From the human T2T-CHM13v2.0 reference genome, Homo sapiens: a stretch of 64,000 nucleotides of DNA. Below are positions 29,640 through 46,729 of the stretch, piece by piece (the first letter of the stretch is position 1; each line of letters begins with the position of its first letter). The notes under the pieces are model-generated. The model saw only the letters and a program-made list of their open reading frames with translations, searched no databases and had not been told where the DNA came from. The DNA is taken from NCBI RefSeq assembly GCF_009914755.1, contig NC_060930.1; one strand, written 5' to 3'. The translations under genes were made by a program, and so were the position numbers.

Positions 29640-32600
29640 CAGTAGATTACAACTTAAAAACCTGTGAGATAGACCCTAAGTAAGGTGGAGTTCTTAGGAA
29701 ATCCCAAAGAAGGTACTGAAGACAAAAATAAGGGTACTAGAATAATTTAAAGGGTCGAACTGTCTGGCACCTATTACTATGGCAAATATTAAATGCTGCC
29801 AATTTGTTGCCAAGTAAACATAAAACCTAACACTAAAGGCCTATTTACTTAAGCTCCTATTTTCTGATATATCATGTGTGGAAGTCAACAAAAAAATTAG
29901 AAGGCATATCAAAAGGGAGGCAAAAGCATATAGAACACTCACCAACATAGACCAATTTTAGGCCATATAAAAAACCTCAACAAATTTAAAAGAATAGAAA
30001 TCATAAAAATATATTGTTAGTCTACAATACAATTAAACTAGAAATCAAAAATTAAAAAAAAAGTCGAAAAACTCCCCAATTGGAAATTAAATATCACATT
30101 TCTAAATAATACATGGGTCAAACAAAAAGTTTTAGGAAAAGATGTTTAATTATTTTGAACGAAATGAAGATCCAATTTATTAGAGCCTGTGAGACTCATT
30201 AAAAAAGTGCTTAGAGGAAGATTTACAGTTTTAAATGTATATATTAGAGAATAAAAGAAAATAATCCAAAACCAATAATCTAAGCTTTCACTTTAGGAAA
30301 TTATAGAAAGAAGAACAATTTAAAGCAAAAGTGAGCAAAATAAAATAAATAATAAAATTAGAACAGAAACCAATGGAGTTGTAAACAAAAAAATAAAAAT
30401 AAGAAAATCAACAGACCAAAAGCTTGTTCTTTGAAAAAAGATCAATAAAATCTATCAACTTTCATTAGCCAGGTGTAAGAACAAAAAGAGAGAACAAAAA
30501 CAACCAATATCAGAAAAAATGTGGTCATCACTCTGATTTTAGAGACATTAAAATGATAATAAAGGAATACTATCAACAATTCTATGCTCACAATTTTGAT
30601 GACATAGATAAAATGGATCAATACCTTAAAAAACACAAACTATTGCAATTCACATGAGGATAAATAGTTGATATGAATAGGCTTATTTCTATCAGGAAAA
30701 TTTAATTTATAACAAATAGCTTTTCAAAAAAGAAATCACTAAGCCTACATAGTTTCAATGGTGAATTTTACCAAAAAGTAAGGATACCAATTCTATGTGA
30801 TTTTTTCCCAGGAAATGAAAACTAGAGAAAAACTTCCTGACTCAATTCATAAATCCAGATTATTCTTATTGTAAAATCTGATTAAAAACTCACTGGAAAG
30901 GAAAAGATCAATATCTCTCATGAATAGAGATGAGGAAATCTTCAAAAAATAGCAAATTAGATATAAATATGTAATTTAAAAGTATATACTATGAGCAACT
31001 AGGATTTATTACATGTATATTACAGCTAGCCTGGTACAAAATTTGAAAATCGATCATTGTAATTCATCACATCAACGGACAAATGAAGAAAAATTATATA
31101 TTCATATCAATTGATGAAAAAATACACCTACAAAATCCAGCACACATTCAAAATAAAAACCCTCATTAAACTAGGAGTTAAGATAGTTTCTTTAACTTAA
31201 AGAACTATAGACTTTCATAGACTTATGAAAAATCCACAATTAACATCATACTTAATAGTGAAAATTTAAATGCTTTCTCTCTAACATTAGCAACAAGGCA
31301 AGGAAGGATATCCTCTCTCACCACTCTATTCAACATTGTACTATAAGTCATACTTAGTGCAATAAGAAAAGGAAATAGGAAGTATGCAATTTAATAAGGA
31401 GAAATAAAGCTGTGTTTGTTCACAGATGATGTGATTATCTATTTGGATTTCAAAGAATTAAAAAAAAAATCTCCCGTGAGTATAACAAAGTTTCAGAATG
31501 TAGGTTCCTATACAAAAATCAATTACTTTCCCATACACCAGCAATAAAAATTGAAATTAAAATTTGAAATGTGAAAAAGAAACATACAGTGATGTCTACA
31601 AAATGCACCATAAAATGAAACAGGCATAAATCTTACAAAACACATGCAAAATTTATATATGGAAAATGATAAAACTCTGATAAAATACATCAAAGAAGAT
31701 CTAAATAAAGCAAGAAATATTGTATATTCATAGATTAGAAGAATCAATATTGTCAAGATATCAGTTATTTCCAACTTAATCCAAAGATTCAATGCATTCT
31801 AAGCAAAAACCCTAGCAAGCGATTTTATAAATACCAATAAAATTATTATATTGTTTATATGGAAAGATAAACAACTTTGATTAATCAATACAATACTATA
31901 AAAAGAAACAAAGTAGAAGGACTCATGCTTGTTGACGTCAAGATTTTTATACAGCTACAGTAATAAAGACAGTGTGGTAGTGGTGAAAGAATATACACAG
32001 GTCAATGAAAAGTTGTAGTGTATAAATCATACCTTCTTCACTCATTATCTCTATCCAACTCCTTTAAATATTTATGATTTTATTGTTTGAGTCATTATCC
32101 CCATGGGTCTAGATAATATGATTATGCTTCTCTTTCTTGATTTTTCAAGTTTAGATGTTTGTTGGTGTTTTTTAACTTTCCACACAAATAACTCAAAATT
32201 GTAAAAGAATGATATAACTATGGAAAAATAAAAATCTTCTGTCTACCTCTTCCCTTTAAAGAAAGCAATTGCCATTCTGCTTCTTAAGTGATACATGGAT
32301 CTACTTCATGTTTGTATTTCTTTTTATACTGTATTTTTTAGCAGTGATTTTTTTTTCTATCTCTACCCATGTGAATGAATGCATAGGCCTCACAGCTGTA
32401 TTTTGAATAAAATCAATATGAATCCATCAGATCAAGGAGGCTTAGATCAAACCACTAACTTAAAAGCTACATAATCAAGCTAAAACAAATACCCAGGAAA
32501 GTATAGGTTACTTTTTGTGTGGAAGGCTAACCAACCAGAAGTGAAATTTCCTTCTTTCTCCCTCATGTTTCCAGGAGGGTAATATTTACAACATAACAGA

Positions 32601-33408
32601 ACAAGGAGGATTTTCTGGAAGCCCCAGAGAGCTAAATTAAACAATGCCTATCACAGCAAAACCCAGCTTTCTCTTGCCTGATTCGTTTCTTGCCACTGAA
32701 AACAATCTTTCAATCACATTAAAACTCTGCCAGCCTAGCAGTCTTTGGTAATTAGTGATCTAAAAGAGAGAAGAATTTTTAGTAAATACGTCAGAAATTG
32801 AAGACCTTAAATAAGCCAAGAAGGAAGTGTGATCTGAATTTTAATTACTATTGTCCATGATATTCACTTTCTCAGAGAAAGATGAGATGTCATGACATTG
32901 TTTTGGATTAAGGACTGGAAAAATAAAAGCCTAATAAAAATACTGTTTTCTGCAAGTTAACAGATGGATAACTTGGTACAAATTCATAACTCTTCCATCT
33001 CTGACAGTCACCTAAATAAATTACAAGTACAGAATCTATAAAGTAATTATTTATTCAAAATTTTTAACATCAGGGAGTTTTTGACAGCATTAGCAAAAGG
33101 GCTCAGAAAAGACAAGGTGTTTTAACAAAGAGAATGCTGATTTAGTGTAGCTGTGCGCTTAATCTATAGCATCTGGCTTTGCCACTTAATAGTCTTTTCA
33201 GTTTAAAAAAGAAAAGCTTCTCTTTGTGCCTGTCTTGATTATTACTTCAGATCTTAATTGACAACATTTTTTCACTTTCAGCTATTACTAAAAGATCTCA
33301 GAAGATGAAGAGAATGCATCAGGAACCCGTGTCTACCATATCAACAGCCTTCCAATTTCCCTGAAAGTTGTGTTAGCATACCCTAATGGACTGATATGAT
33401 CACACTCA

Positions 33409-33735
<327 letters not shown>

Positions 33736-35833
33736 TCAACATTTTCATCTAATATTCATAGTGGCCCCTTTCTACCCCACCCTCTCATGTATTCAGAACA
33801 TTTGCAGATAAAACAGCTGAAATCCATTGAAATATTTTCTCTATATTGATGTGTTAAATAAAACTAGTGAAGTATTACATTCATCTGGTCAGCAAAGAAG
33901 AAATGCATTTAATATTCTTCCTTCCAAGATGAATCAGCATTGCTGTGTCTAAAGCGCACAGAGTAAAACAGAGACTTGATAGATATGTGGCCAATATGAT
34001 CAGTCCAACAAACGGTTTATTTAAAGCATGAATTTCCTATTTGCTAGTTCAATTTGTTGAGGTGCGTTTATAGATAATTTACTAAAGCTTACTGATTTAA
34101 ACATTGTCATAAAATAGGCAAAAAAGTATTACTTTGAAAAATCGTCACCATATATTAAAAAAAACTTTTGAATTAAATGAACTCGAGCTATGAGCTATGA
34201 ACATACAGCTCATGATGAGTGTGAATGGTTTATTTCCTTTTATATAGTCATGAAACCTAAATCCAATTACATAATCTTCAAAGCATAAATTAAAGCAAAT
34301 GAACTTATAAAGAAGGAAAATCGTAAATGGAGTATTAATACAACACTAAATAAATACCAGAAAAAACTTTAAACTTTGAAAGGAAAATAATATAAAAGGA
34401 TAAATTATAGGTATTATTCTCATATGTTACCACTGGTTTGTTTTAGAATTTAAAGTTTTATTGCTAAAGCTTAAAAAATTAGAAACTATAATATGTATTC
34501 AACAACTTAAATATAGCAACAGATAAACTTATTGCATTAATCAGAATAGAAATCGAGTTAAACAATTCTAAATGTAAACCTCTATATTTGGGGTAAATTT
34601 TGAACATAGTGTGAAACTCATTAAATTTGTTTCATTCTTAATATCTTTTTATATTTATATACAATCTATCTATATAAACGTTTTCACAAAAAAATTTGAC
34701 AAGACTAGAAATTGCATACTATATAAATATACTTTTTACCCTCCAGGGAAATATGTCTATTTCACATGTAAACACAAGTATAATAATTTTAGAGTAGTAT
34801 TCATTATTTCACGCGTTATACTCTCATAACATAGAAAATCAAGCAAACATTACTAAAAAGAAATACTGGTCTACACATTTCTCTCACCAGTCTATGATCC
34901 TAAATAAACACGTTAAATGAACTTGACTGCAGTTGACTGAAAAGATTTTTCTCAGAAATGAGGTATTATTTAGCCAAATTCTGTCTTTGGATTGGGAAGA
35001 GCATTCTCTCTGGTGGTGAGGGAAAAATAGCCACTCGTTTTTCCTTTTCTCGTTTTAATCAGGAAGAGTTTTCTCCTCTGTAGTCAACGTAATTATTGCA
35101 TTCTGAAAAAAAACAGTAGGAAAAATGTCCATATAAACCAGTGGCAGTGTTTTCAGTATACTGAAAAAAATATATATATGTCTCTTCTCTAAGTGGAATA
35201 AAGGATAGTAAGCTGCTGGTGATAAATTCTCATATTTTATTGGATATCACTGATTCAGAATCTTGTTTTGACATCTACTCCAAAGGATTTCATAGAGATG
35301 TTTTCAAGCTTCCATTATTTCTGATAGAAAAACAGTAATCATTATTATTCCTGGTTTCTTGTGTACAATATGCCCTTCTCCCAATCTTGCTACTTTGAAG
35401 ATTGTCTTCTTATCTTTAATTTTCAGAAGTTTGCTTTTAATTTGTCTAGGCTTGATGCATTTTATTTTTATTCTGTTTGCAGTTTGCTGAGTTTCTCGGG
35501 TCTTTGGGTTAGTGTTTTTCATCAAATTTGGGCACTCTGGATATTATTTATTCAGACATTTATGTTTTCTTAAACATAGTTTTCTTTTCTCTCTAGAATA
35601 CTATTTTGTCTATGTTAGAAAGTTTGATATTGTAAACAGATGCATGTGGCTTCACATCTTCCTGTTCAATTTGTTGTTCAAATTGGATAATTTATGTTGA
35701 TCTTCCTTCAAATGCTTTATATGTCACCTTCAATAAGTTTTTAAGCCTATCAAATACTGTCATTATAGTTTTCTAGAAATTTTATATTTCTAGAATTTCT
35801 TTTTTATAGTTGAAGTTTCCAACTCTATGCTAA

Positions 35834-36180
<347 letters not shown>

Positions 36181-36419
36181 TGAAAACATATTTTTTAACA
36201 ATTAACAAATTTTTATTATTGCTTTGAATACACTTTTACTATGTATGCATATATACATATAAATATATTTAGTAATAATAGAGTATGTGTGTGTTTCTGT
36301 GTATCTATATAGATATGCATATATATGTATATATTCTAATTTGTCTAGGCTTGATTCATTACGATCCTGTTCGGGGTTTTATTCTCTTTGGAGTGTATAT
36401 ATGCATGTGCATACTCGGA

Positions 36420-36472
<53 letters not shown>

Positions 36473-36515
36473 TATACACACACAGACACACAGACACACC
36501 CACACACTCTCTCTG
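36420..36515. repeat. (TA)n microsatellite (about 21 units) followed by (CA)n/(CT)n
   Basis: Seen directly. Confidence 0.95.
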
Positions 36516-37740
36516 TCTTGCCACAAAATTTTCCTAGAGTTCTTATCTGTTAAATTCAACATTAGGCCTTTTGCCATTAGTCATATTGTCCTACATTTTT
36601 TCTTGCCTATAAATCTCATAGTTTCCAGTTGCTTTCTATGTATAGTGATTTTTGATCGAACACTGGAAATTATAGTTAATACACCATAGAGATTAGATTA
36701 TGTTATTGTCTTCTGAAGGTTCTTAATTTTCAGTAAATAGTTAAATTGTTGGATGATTACCTTGGAAGTTTGTAGTCTTAGTTTTAAGCCTAGTGCTCCT
36801 TAGTGAAGATCTAAGGAAAGCAATGTGTTCTTAAATCCTTCCAATTTGGCAGGACTAATCTCTAACCTTTTGTTTATGTATGTTGTCAAGGCTTGGTTTT
36901 AGCTTATGTTGGGGCCAGCATTGTTTAAGTTCTATTCTAGGGTGTGGTTATTATCCCTAAGACCAGACTTGCTGTTATCTCAGATGGATGCCAGAGGTAT
37001 TTTGTGATATTGAGACTATTTCTCCACCTCAAAATACCCTGAGCTACGAAGTGCCCCAGCTCTCTTCTTCCTCCAAGACCGTGTGCAACTGTCACACATA
37101 TTTCAGTTCCATTTTCAACCCCATAGCCTCACCCATCTGATAAGCTTTGGGAGGTCTCATGCTGGGCATGCACACCTCAGTGCATTGCCAAAGATTTGTA
37201 GAGATACCTTTCATAGCTATCTGGGGTGCTCTTATTACCAGGTCTTTCCATTTCAATTATCTGCTCTACAGAGACTGGTCATTTCATTTGCTTCTTATTC
37301 TGAACACTTCTGCTTCACGTCAGTGTGGCCAATGTGTTCTACTCAGGCACCAGTTCTCTACACCTTGAATGGTGGAGAACAGGCCATCTTAGGGCTTGTC
37401 ACATGAAATTTATTTCTCTAAGGAATCTCGGTGTAGTCCACAGCCTGAAAAGAGTGGTATCATTGTTTTATCTGATTTCATAGTTGTTTACAGTGGAAAA
37501 GCATTTGGGTATTGAAAAGAAAATGTTGAAAACCATAAATAAAGTTTATTTTAATAAATAATTACATTTTAATCCTATTAGGCAAAGAGAGCAAATGATA
37601 ATGTCTTAGTGAAATTTCTATTTATTCATTTTTATATATTTCAAATTATAAGCAATATGCATGGTACCCTTAAGTATATGTCAGGCTCCTTGATTTATAC
37701 TCCTCACATTTACTCCTTCACTACATATAAAATATAAAGG

Positions 37741-38780
<1,040 letters not shown>

Positions 38781-39423
38781 TATTAGGCTTATTTTAATTA
38801 AAATATAATTACTGTCTTAGTGACTTGACACTAGGTATTTCCTTCTAGTGCTTAAGTATTATGTGTAGTACCTTTTAGCCTTTAGTTTTTTAAGTCAGAA
38901 AAGGAAAATTGCTTCTTTAAATAATGCAGAACATAATAAATTATTTCTGAGTTTCTATCACTATAGCAGCATCAGAGAATGAAGAAACTTAGAATCTTTA
39001 TGACTGAAACAAAATAAATATGACACATAATCAAAACCTCCTGCACTTTAGCCAGTTATACCGTGGATTTGGATGAGACACCAGGAAACAACACTTGTAT
39101 TCTTCGCAGTGCCCTTCATGTATTGATGGTACTATTACATCCAGGACATTTAAGTCAATATATTCATAGTATAGTAGACCTGAAAAATACTAGAGTGATT
39201 TTCCATGTAACTTTCTGATTTTGTTCATTAAAAAAAAAGAGTTCTCTAGAGATCATTTGACTTAAGGTAATAGCTGGTTGGTCATTCAGCTGAGAACAGA
39301 ATACGGATCCTGGATCTCTGTAAAAGCCACTATTCTACAAATAGTAGTTACGGTTGGTTTCAATGTCCTTTAAAAATAGCATGATAATTTTTTTACCTAA
39401 TTCTATAAATAAATCAAATTGAA

Positions 39424-39760
<337 letters not shown>

Positions 39761-41098
39761 TCAACAAATATCTATTTAAATTTACTCTACTTAAAGTAAC
39801 ACTAGTCTGAGAATATTGTTTTCTTTTATTTATAAATAATGCATGACTGATAATTATAAATAATTATCTGGTGATTCAGTAAGATCATCCAAAGACCAGT
39901 ATGAACAAAATAATGTAAAACTAAAATTGCATTTTCTATAATTTAAAGGGAAAATCTCTGACTTCTGAGTTTGTATTTTGGTAAGCTAAATGTGTCTGTT
40001 TGCTTCCATTCACTATTGCATTGAAATATGCAATAACGAAGAAAAAAAGTATACATTTGGAACAACAATTAAATGCGTTTCCTTACCTTGCACGAAGTAA
40101 CTCTAAATATGATTAATTAAAGCCAGATTTGAGAAAAAATGTTGGATCACCTAACAAGAGACTATTCCAGCTGAATGTTTCTCTTGACTCCATAAGAGGA
40201 TCAAGGCCTGAGACATTGGCTATCATCTGGAGTGGCTCAATGGGGTGGCTGATTCATATCTACTACTTCTTCTTGCTTCATCTCCAAAATTATATTTCTT
40301 TTGTAACCATTTACAAGAAATAAGATGGGTAATGCACATGGAATTCTAAATTGCGTATTCAACTTTATGTAAGAGAAGAGAGAGTAAGATTACTGTTAGC
40401 AGTATATTGTGTATACTTCATTTCCATATTTCAATTCTAACACATGAACTGCAAGCTGTTTCACATCATCCATAGAAATATGATTTCAATTTCCTTACAG
40501 ATTATCTTTAAAGTAGAGTAGCAAAAGCCTACTGAGCAGAAGATGGTTAGCAGTAGGTCTGAAAAATTGATATGTTTCTGTGCATACAAAGATGGACATT
40601 AAAGGATAACATTATTATTCCTAATTTTCTCCATATTATAGAAAGCACAGTTGTCTGCTGTGAATGATAGAGTGGAGATAAGATATGGCACTTATGAAGA
40701 TTTACTAAGGTTTAGGATTTAGGATGATTATCATAGGGAAAGCATATCATAGGTGACCAAGGAAAAGTAAATAGGTTGATAATTGGCATTGAAGCCTTTG
40801 CTGATGTTTGAAACTGTATCTCTATGAAAAATCAATCTATTTATCTATTTGACTGCATTTCTACATCATATAGGAATAGAGGAGACAAATAGCAGGGTTT
40901 AGCATAGGTACAGGGCCCTTGAGGTAGAGACTAGGAAACAAAATGGCTCCAGGATGCTGCTGTAGTGCAGAATCATGTCAGAAGATAGAGCAAAATTTAG
41001 GCTGAATATAAGGGAAAATGTGATAGAAGCAGATACCAGCAAAGAATATAGAAAAGAAAATTTCAATGACTTTGAAAAGTAAGTGCAGAGAACACCAT

Positions 41099-41465
41099 TG
41101 TATTAGTCTGTTCTCACACTACTATAAAGTTACTACCTGAGACTGGGTAATTTATAAAGAAAGGAGTTTTAATTGACTCACAGTTCCACATGGCTGGAGA
41201 AGCCTCAGGAAACTTACAATCATGGCAGAACATGAAGGGGAAGCAAAGCACATCTTACATGGCAGCGAGAGAGACAGAGTGAGAGGGGAACTGACAAACA
41301 CTTTTAAACCACCGTATCTTGTGAGAACTCACTTACTATCATTAGGACAGAATGGGGGGACTAGCTCCCATGATCCAATCACCTCTCACCAGGTTCCTCC
41401 CCTGACACGTGAGGATTAAAATTCAATACTAGATTTGGGTAGAGACACAGAGTCAAACCGTATCA
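41099..41465 (-). mobile_element. THE1D/MSTA-like solo LTR
   Basis: tgtattagtctgttctcacact ... gagacacagagtcaaaccgtatca. Confidence 0.9.
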
Positions 41466-42731
41466 TTCATCAATAGAGAACTGTATGGAGAAGTTGTAGA
41501 CATAATTCTGTAGATCCACACTTATATTGTATCTATATTTTTTAAATGTTCATAATGTGGCCATAAAGAGGTAAGTCATTGGAGTTCAAGAAATAACATG
41601 AGAATAGAGTTTTAAATAGGTTACCTACATGAGCAGTAAAATCACTCAAGCCCTTGAAGGTGAGCTGAATATGATGGAGAATAAATGCAGAGCCCAAATT
41701 CTATAGTGAATGCTGCAGTGTAAATGAGCTGCTATTAAGTTACCGATCAAAGCAAAAAGAAACCATATATTTCAGAGGATCGGGAAAATTGCAAATAAGT
41801 AGAAGACCAATGTTAAGAAAGTGACCATGGAGGATAACAAGAATGCTGATGCGAATTCTTGAATCATACAAATCAGGGTTTAGAAAGTGGTTATCCTCCA
41901 GTGTAGAGAACCTCAAGAGTTGAGAGTTCAGACATTTGCTTTCTTGTTTTATGTTCACATCCCAACGCTTTTCTCAAGATCTCATAGTTGATTTGAATAT
42001 TCATAATGACCATTATTTTTTTCCATGCATCCTTAAGCTTAAGCCTCAAATAGAGTCAGCAGTCTCACCAATTTTGAAATTGATATCTGACACTATGCAA
42101 TGTAGCCAGGAATGAGTTGAAAATGGTGAAAAACATATAATGTAGTTGGTAAAGTATATGGTTAATTGTACAAAAAGTCCAAGAGTGACTTGAGTCTGCT
42201 TTAGTTTAATATTAACAAAGAATTACAAATAAAATATGTGCTATTTGTCTAAGAATTATGGGAAACAATCAAAATTACCTCATGCATTGTAAAGAAAAAA
42301 GAGGCTTTTTAGTATGTAAATGGCAATTTTAAAAGGCTAGTTACTAGATTAATAAATAGAGTGGATATATTTATGCTTTACTTGATACCTAATACTAAAG
42401 CTAAGTTCAGAATGGTCTTATGAGCAAAATGTGTTACCAATATTAAAAAATACAAACAAACAAATACATAAAAATAATTAATTATGAGCTAAATCTATTG
42501 GAATGTACATTTAGGTAACTGAAACAATAGGAAAAGTCATAAAGGAATAATATATATTATTGCATAACTGAGCCAAAAATAAAATGAGTAAAGTCAAAAG
42601 AAGCTAAAAACAATAAATTATTTATAGCAAATATACACTCTGAATGTTTTTAACAAATTAATGAGATATTTTTGGACTGGAGAAATATGTCAAAATATCA
42701 AAGAGAAAAAATGTCATGGAAAACATGAATT

Positions 42732-42768
42732 TATCTATCTATCTATCTATCTATCCATCATCTATCTA
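42732..42768. repeat. (TATC)n degenerate STR
   Basis: Seen directly. Confidence 0.85.
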
Positions 42769-43239
42769 TTAATGGCCAGCATAAACAATAGAAACAATTG
42801 TAAACAATTAGATGTTTTTATGTCCCAAAATGCTGAAGGTATTTTTTGTTTTTTTTCTTTATATTTTAATAAACATAAATCTTGGGCAATTTAGAAAGTT
42901 CAAAGTTTTAGGTAGTGACTTAGCATGTAAGAATTTATCCTAAGAAATAAGCAGACATGAAAGTTATGAATTATGTGAAAGAATGTTGGTTTGTAGCGTT
43001 ATTATGCTAATAAAATGTGGACATAGTTTTAAAAATTATGTAGTAGTATGAAGGTGAATATATTTTTTCTGTATATACTTGTAATCAAGGAATAAAATGA
43101 TTGCACCAAAGCTATAAATGTATTTCTCACTAGAGGGTGGAATTATAGATGCCATTCTTGTTTCTATATTCTTGTTTCTATGTGTCTTCTCTTTTTCCAA
43201 AACTCATATGGGTCAAACCAAAAAGAGGAAGATGGTAAA

Positions 43240-45660
43240 TTTAACCTAACTTTACTAATAATTACAACAAATACAAATGATCTAAACATTCTATTAGAAG
43301 ATCTATATTTTCAGTTTGGTAAAAAAAGAAACATCAGCTATACGTTGCCTACATGTGGTTTAAATATAAAAATGCAAATAAGTTAAAAGTGAAGGATGGG
43401 AAAAGATATTACCATACTAACATTAAGCAATGGAAAACTAGAATACCTGTATTAATATCAATCAAAGTAGACTTCACAGGTAAGACTATTACCAGTAACA
43501 AAGAAAATAATTTCATGACAGTATAAGGAGTAATTGATTAAAAAGATACAACAATTCTAAATATTTACAGTCCTAATAACAGAATATCAAGAAAATGATA
43601 AAGGAACAATGAAGAGAGCTGCAAAAGGAAATAGACAAATCAAATAATCTTATGAAATTATAGCCAATATGTTTTCTTCAATAATTAATAGGACAAATAA
43701 TCAGAATATCAATAAATACAATACAGATGACTTTGAAAACACTATCAATTTGATTCAATTGTTATATATGGAACACATCACTCAAATATAGCATGATGTA
43801 CATTTATTTTTAATGCACATGTAACATTTACCTTGATAAGATATATTTGGGGTCATAATGCAAGTCTCAGCAAATTTTAAAAGACTCAAATTATACAAAT
43901 TTGTTCTCTGATTGAGATAAAATTCAGTTAAATACATTTAAAATATTCATAAAAAATAACTAAATATTTGGAAACCAAATGACACTCTTTTAAATGACCT
44001 AAGGAAAAAACCCTAGAAATTTAAAAGAGAATTAGTGAGTATGTTGAAGTGAATGAAAATTAAACCTCAATATATCACAATTTGTGGAGTGCTATTAAAG
44101 CCATACCTTACGGGAATGTTTATACCACTTAATATCTTTACCAGAAAATAAGAAAGCTATCAAATCAGTAACATCAGGATTCACCTAAGAAACTAGAAAA
44201 ATAAGTGCATATAAAGTCAGCTGCGTAAGCGCATAAGCTAGAAAAATAAGTGTATATAAAGTCTGCTGCAGCAGCAGCAGAATTAAGATCATAACAGAAA
44301 TATTTGAAATAGAAAACAAAAAGTAATTAAGGAAATTCAATGAAAGCCAAAAGTCATACTTCGAAAATATAAATAAAACTGATGCATGTCAATTTTTAGT
44401 GAGACTGAGAGAGAGAACGAAAAAGAGAATATTTTCCAAATATTCCTTATTTCAGGAATAAGAGAGGTAAAATCATTACAGTGTTTTCAGATATTAAAAT
44501 AATGACATGACAATATTTTGTACAACTTTATGACATTTAACAACTTAGAGTAAATGAAGAGATACTTTGAAAGACACAAAAGCAAGTAAAGCTCACTAAA
44601 AGGTAAACATAACGTTTGGCAAAATATGTACTAAAAAATAGCCAAATATGTGCTAAAAAAATTTGTAGTTTAAAGCTTCCTAATAAAAAAACTCTATACA
44701 CACAAAATTTCACTGGTGAGTTCTTCCAAATATGTGTAAGACTAATACCACAAATTATACACAAACTTTTCCATTAGTGTTCAGATGATTAAATACTTCC
44801 CAACAAATTTTAAGGGGCCACTTTTATCTTGATGTGTAAAGCAGACAAAGTTTTTAGAAGAGGCCAAACTACAGATCAATATCTCTCCTAAATATAGATG
44901 CAAAGGTTCTTAACAGAATTTTAGATACTTTAATCCAAAAATAAATATAATATAATATATTGTGATCAAGAGGGCTTTATTATAAGAATGCAAAGTTGCT
45001 ATAAATTTAAAAATTAATGTAAGTCATCATATTACAAAACTAAAAATAATAACATTATTATAGATGAAGACATTTTAGAGAATCCAACATTTAGGAATAA
45101 AAGAAAATTGTTTTAACCCTGTAAATCACATTAATAAATATTCTATAGTTAATATCATATTTAATTGTAAAAGACTGAGTATATACTAAGGTTAAAAGAA
45201 GCACAGCGATGTTTACTCATGCTGCTTCTATTCAACATTATACTCGGATAGTTATATCCTACAATGAAGCAAGAAGAAATAAAAGGCATTCAGATTCAAA
45301 AAGAAGACTGAGAAAATCAAGTCTTTATTTGCCAACAATATAATCTTCTACGTAAAAAAACTGTAAAAATCTACAAAATAGCTTCCAGAATTAATAAATG
45401 AGTTTAACAATGTTGGAGGATACAAGATAAATATAAAAAAAAAGAAACAAGAAAATAACATTTTAAAACTAGTACTATTTACAATAGCCAGAAACAATAG
45501 GAATATTCAAAAATACGACAAAAGACATAAAAGATCTCTACAGTGCAAAATAGTACTGAGTAAAATGAAAGACAACAAGTAAATACACAGATAGACCACA
45601 AGTCGGAAGATGTAATATCTCTATATGTCAATTCCCTAAAAATAGATCAATACATTCAAA
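43240..45660 (+). mobile_element. Old L1M ORF2 fragment (endonuclease through RT), degraded
   Basis: aagtgaaggatgggaaaagatatt, aaaattttcactggtgagttcttccaaa, tctttatttgccaacaatataatc. Confidence 0.8.
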
Positions 45661-46101
45661 CCTCGTCTCTACGAAATAAAGAGAGATATATTTTTTGGTG
45701 AAATAATGAGGAATGGATTATAAGAGTGGAATGAGCCCAGTGTAGTTCACCTGTAGGGTTCGAATAAGATAACGGCAACAGTAGAAATAAAATTTTATTG
45801 CTTTTGTTGAGAACTAACTTAGTCATTCATAATTTTGAGTTAAATCATAATTTACATGACTTACTTTTTATTACTCAATAAAATATTAATATCATTGACA
45901 ATAGTAAAAAATAAAAATATTTATAATAAATCATGTAGACAAATATAAAATCTAATAAAAATTGCTGAAACAATTATAAGTTGTTAAATATATGATTAAA
46001 ACTATTAGGGTGTTTTCATATTCAACGTTTTCATCCAACAAAAATTTCTTAAGCGTATGTTATGAGCTGAGTACATTCTAGGCACCCAGAACATATTCAG
46101 A

Positions 46102-46149
<48 letters not shown>
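46102..46149. repeat. Perfect (TATC)12 STR
   Basis: 12 uninterrupted units counted. Confidence 0.97.
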
Positions 46150-46151
<2 letters not shown>

Positions 46152-46351
46152 GATATAAAGACAACTAAATATTCAATTATAAGATGATACAGTGAGGTTG
46201 GGGTATGCCCAGGTTTACACAGATACTAAAGAATCATACTAATTTATATTTTAGAAATGTTTTCCATTAAATTCTAATGATAGAAAATTTATTCAGAAAT
46301 AGAAGTGCTCAGATGAATAACTTGAAAAACACAATAAAAAATTATAATTTG

Positions 46352-46663
<312 letters not shown>

Positions 46664-46729
46664 TTATAATTTTCACACACCTTAATAAAAAATAATGTGG
46701 TGGGGTAGACTTTGGAGAACAAACATAAA

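Noticed and set aside
36285-36689. 134-aa ORF with YIYIYI repeats
   Set aside because: Produced by the (TA)n microsatellite
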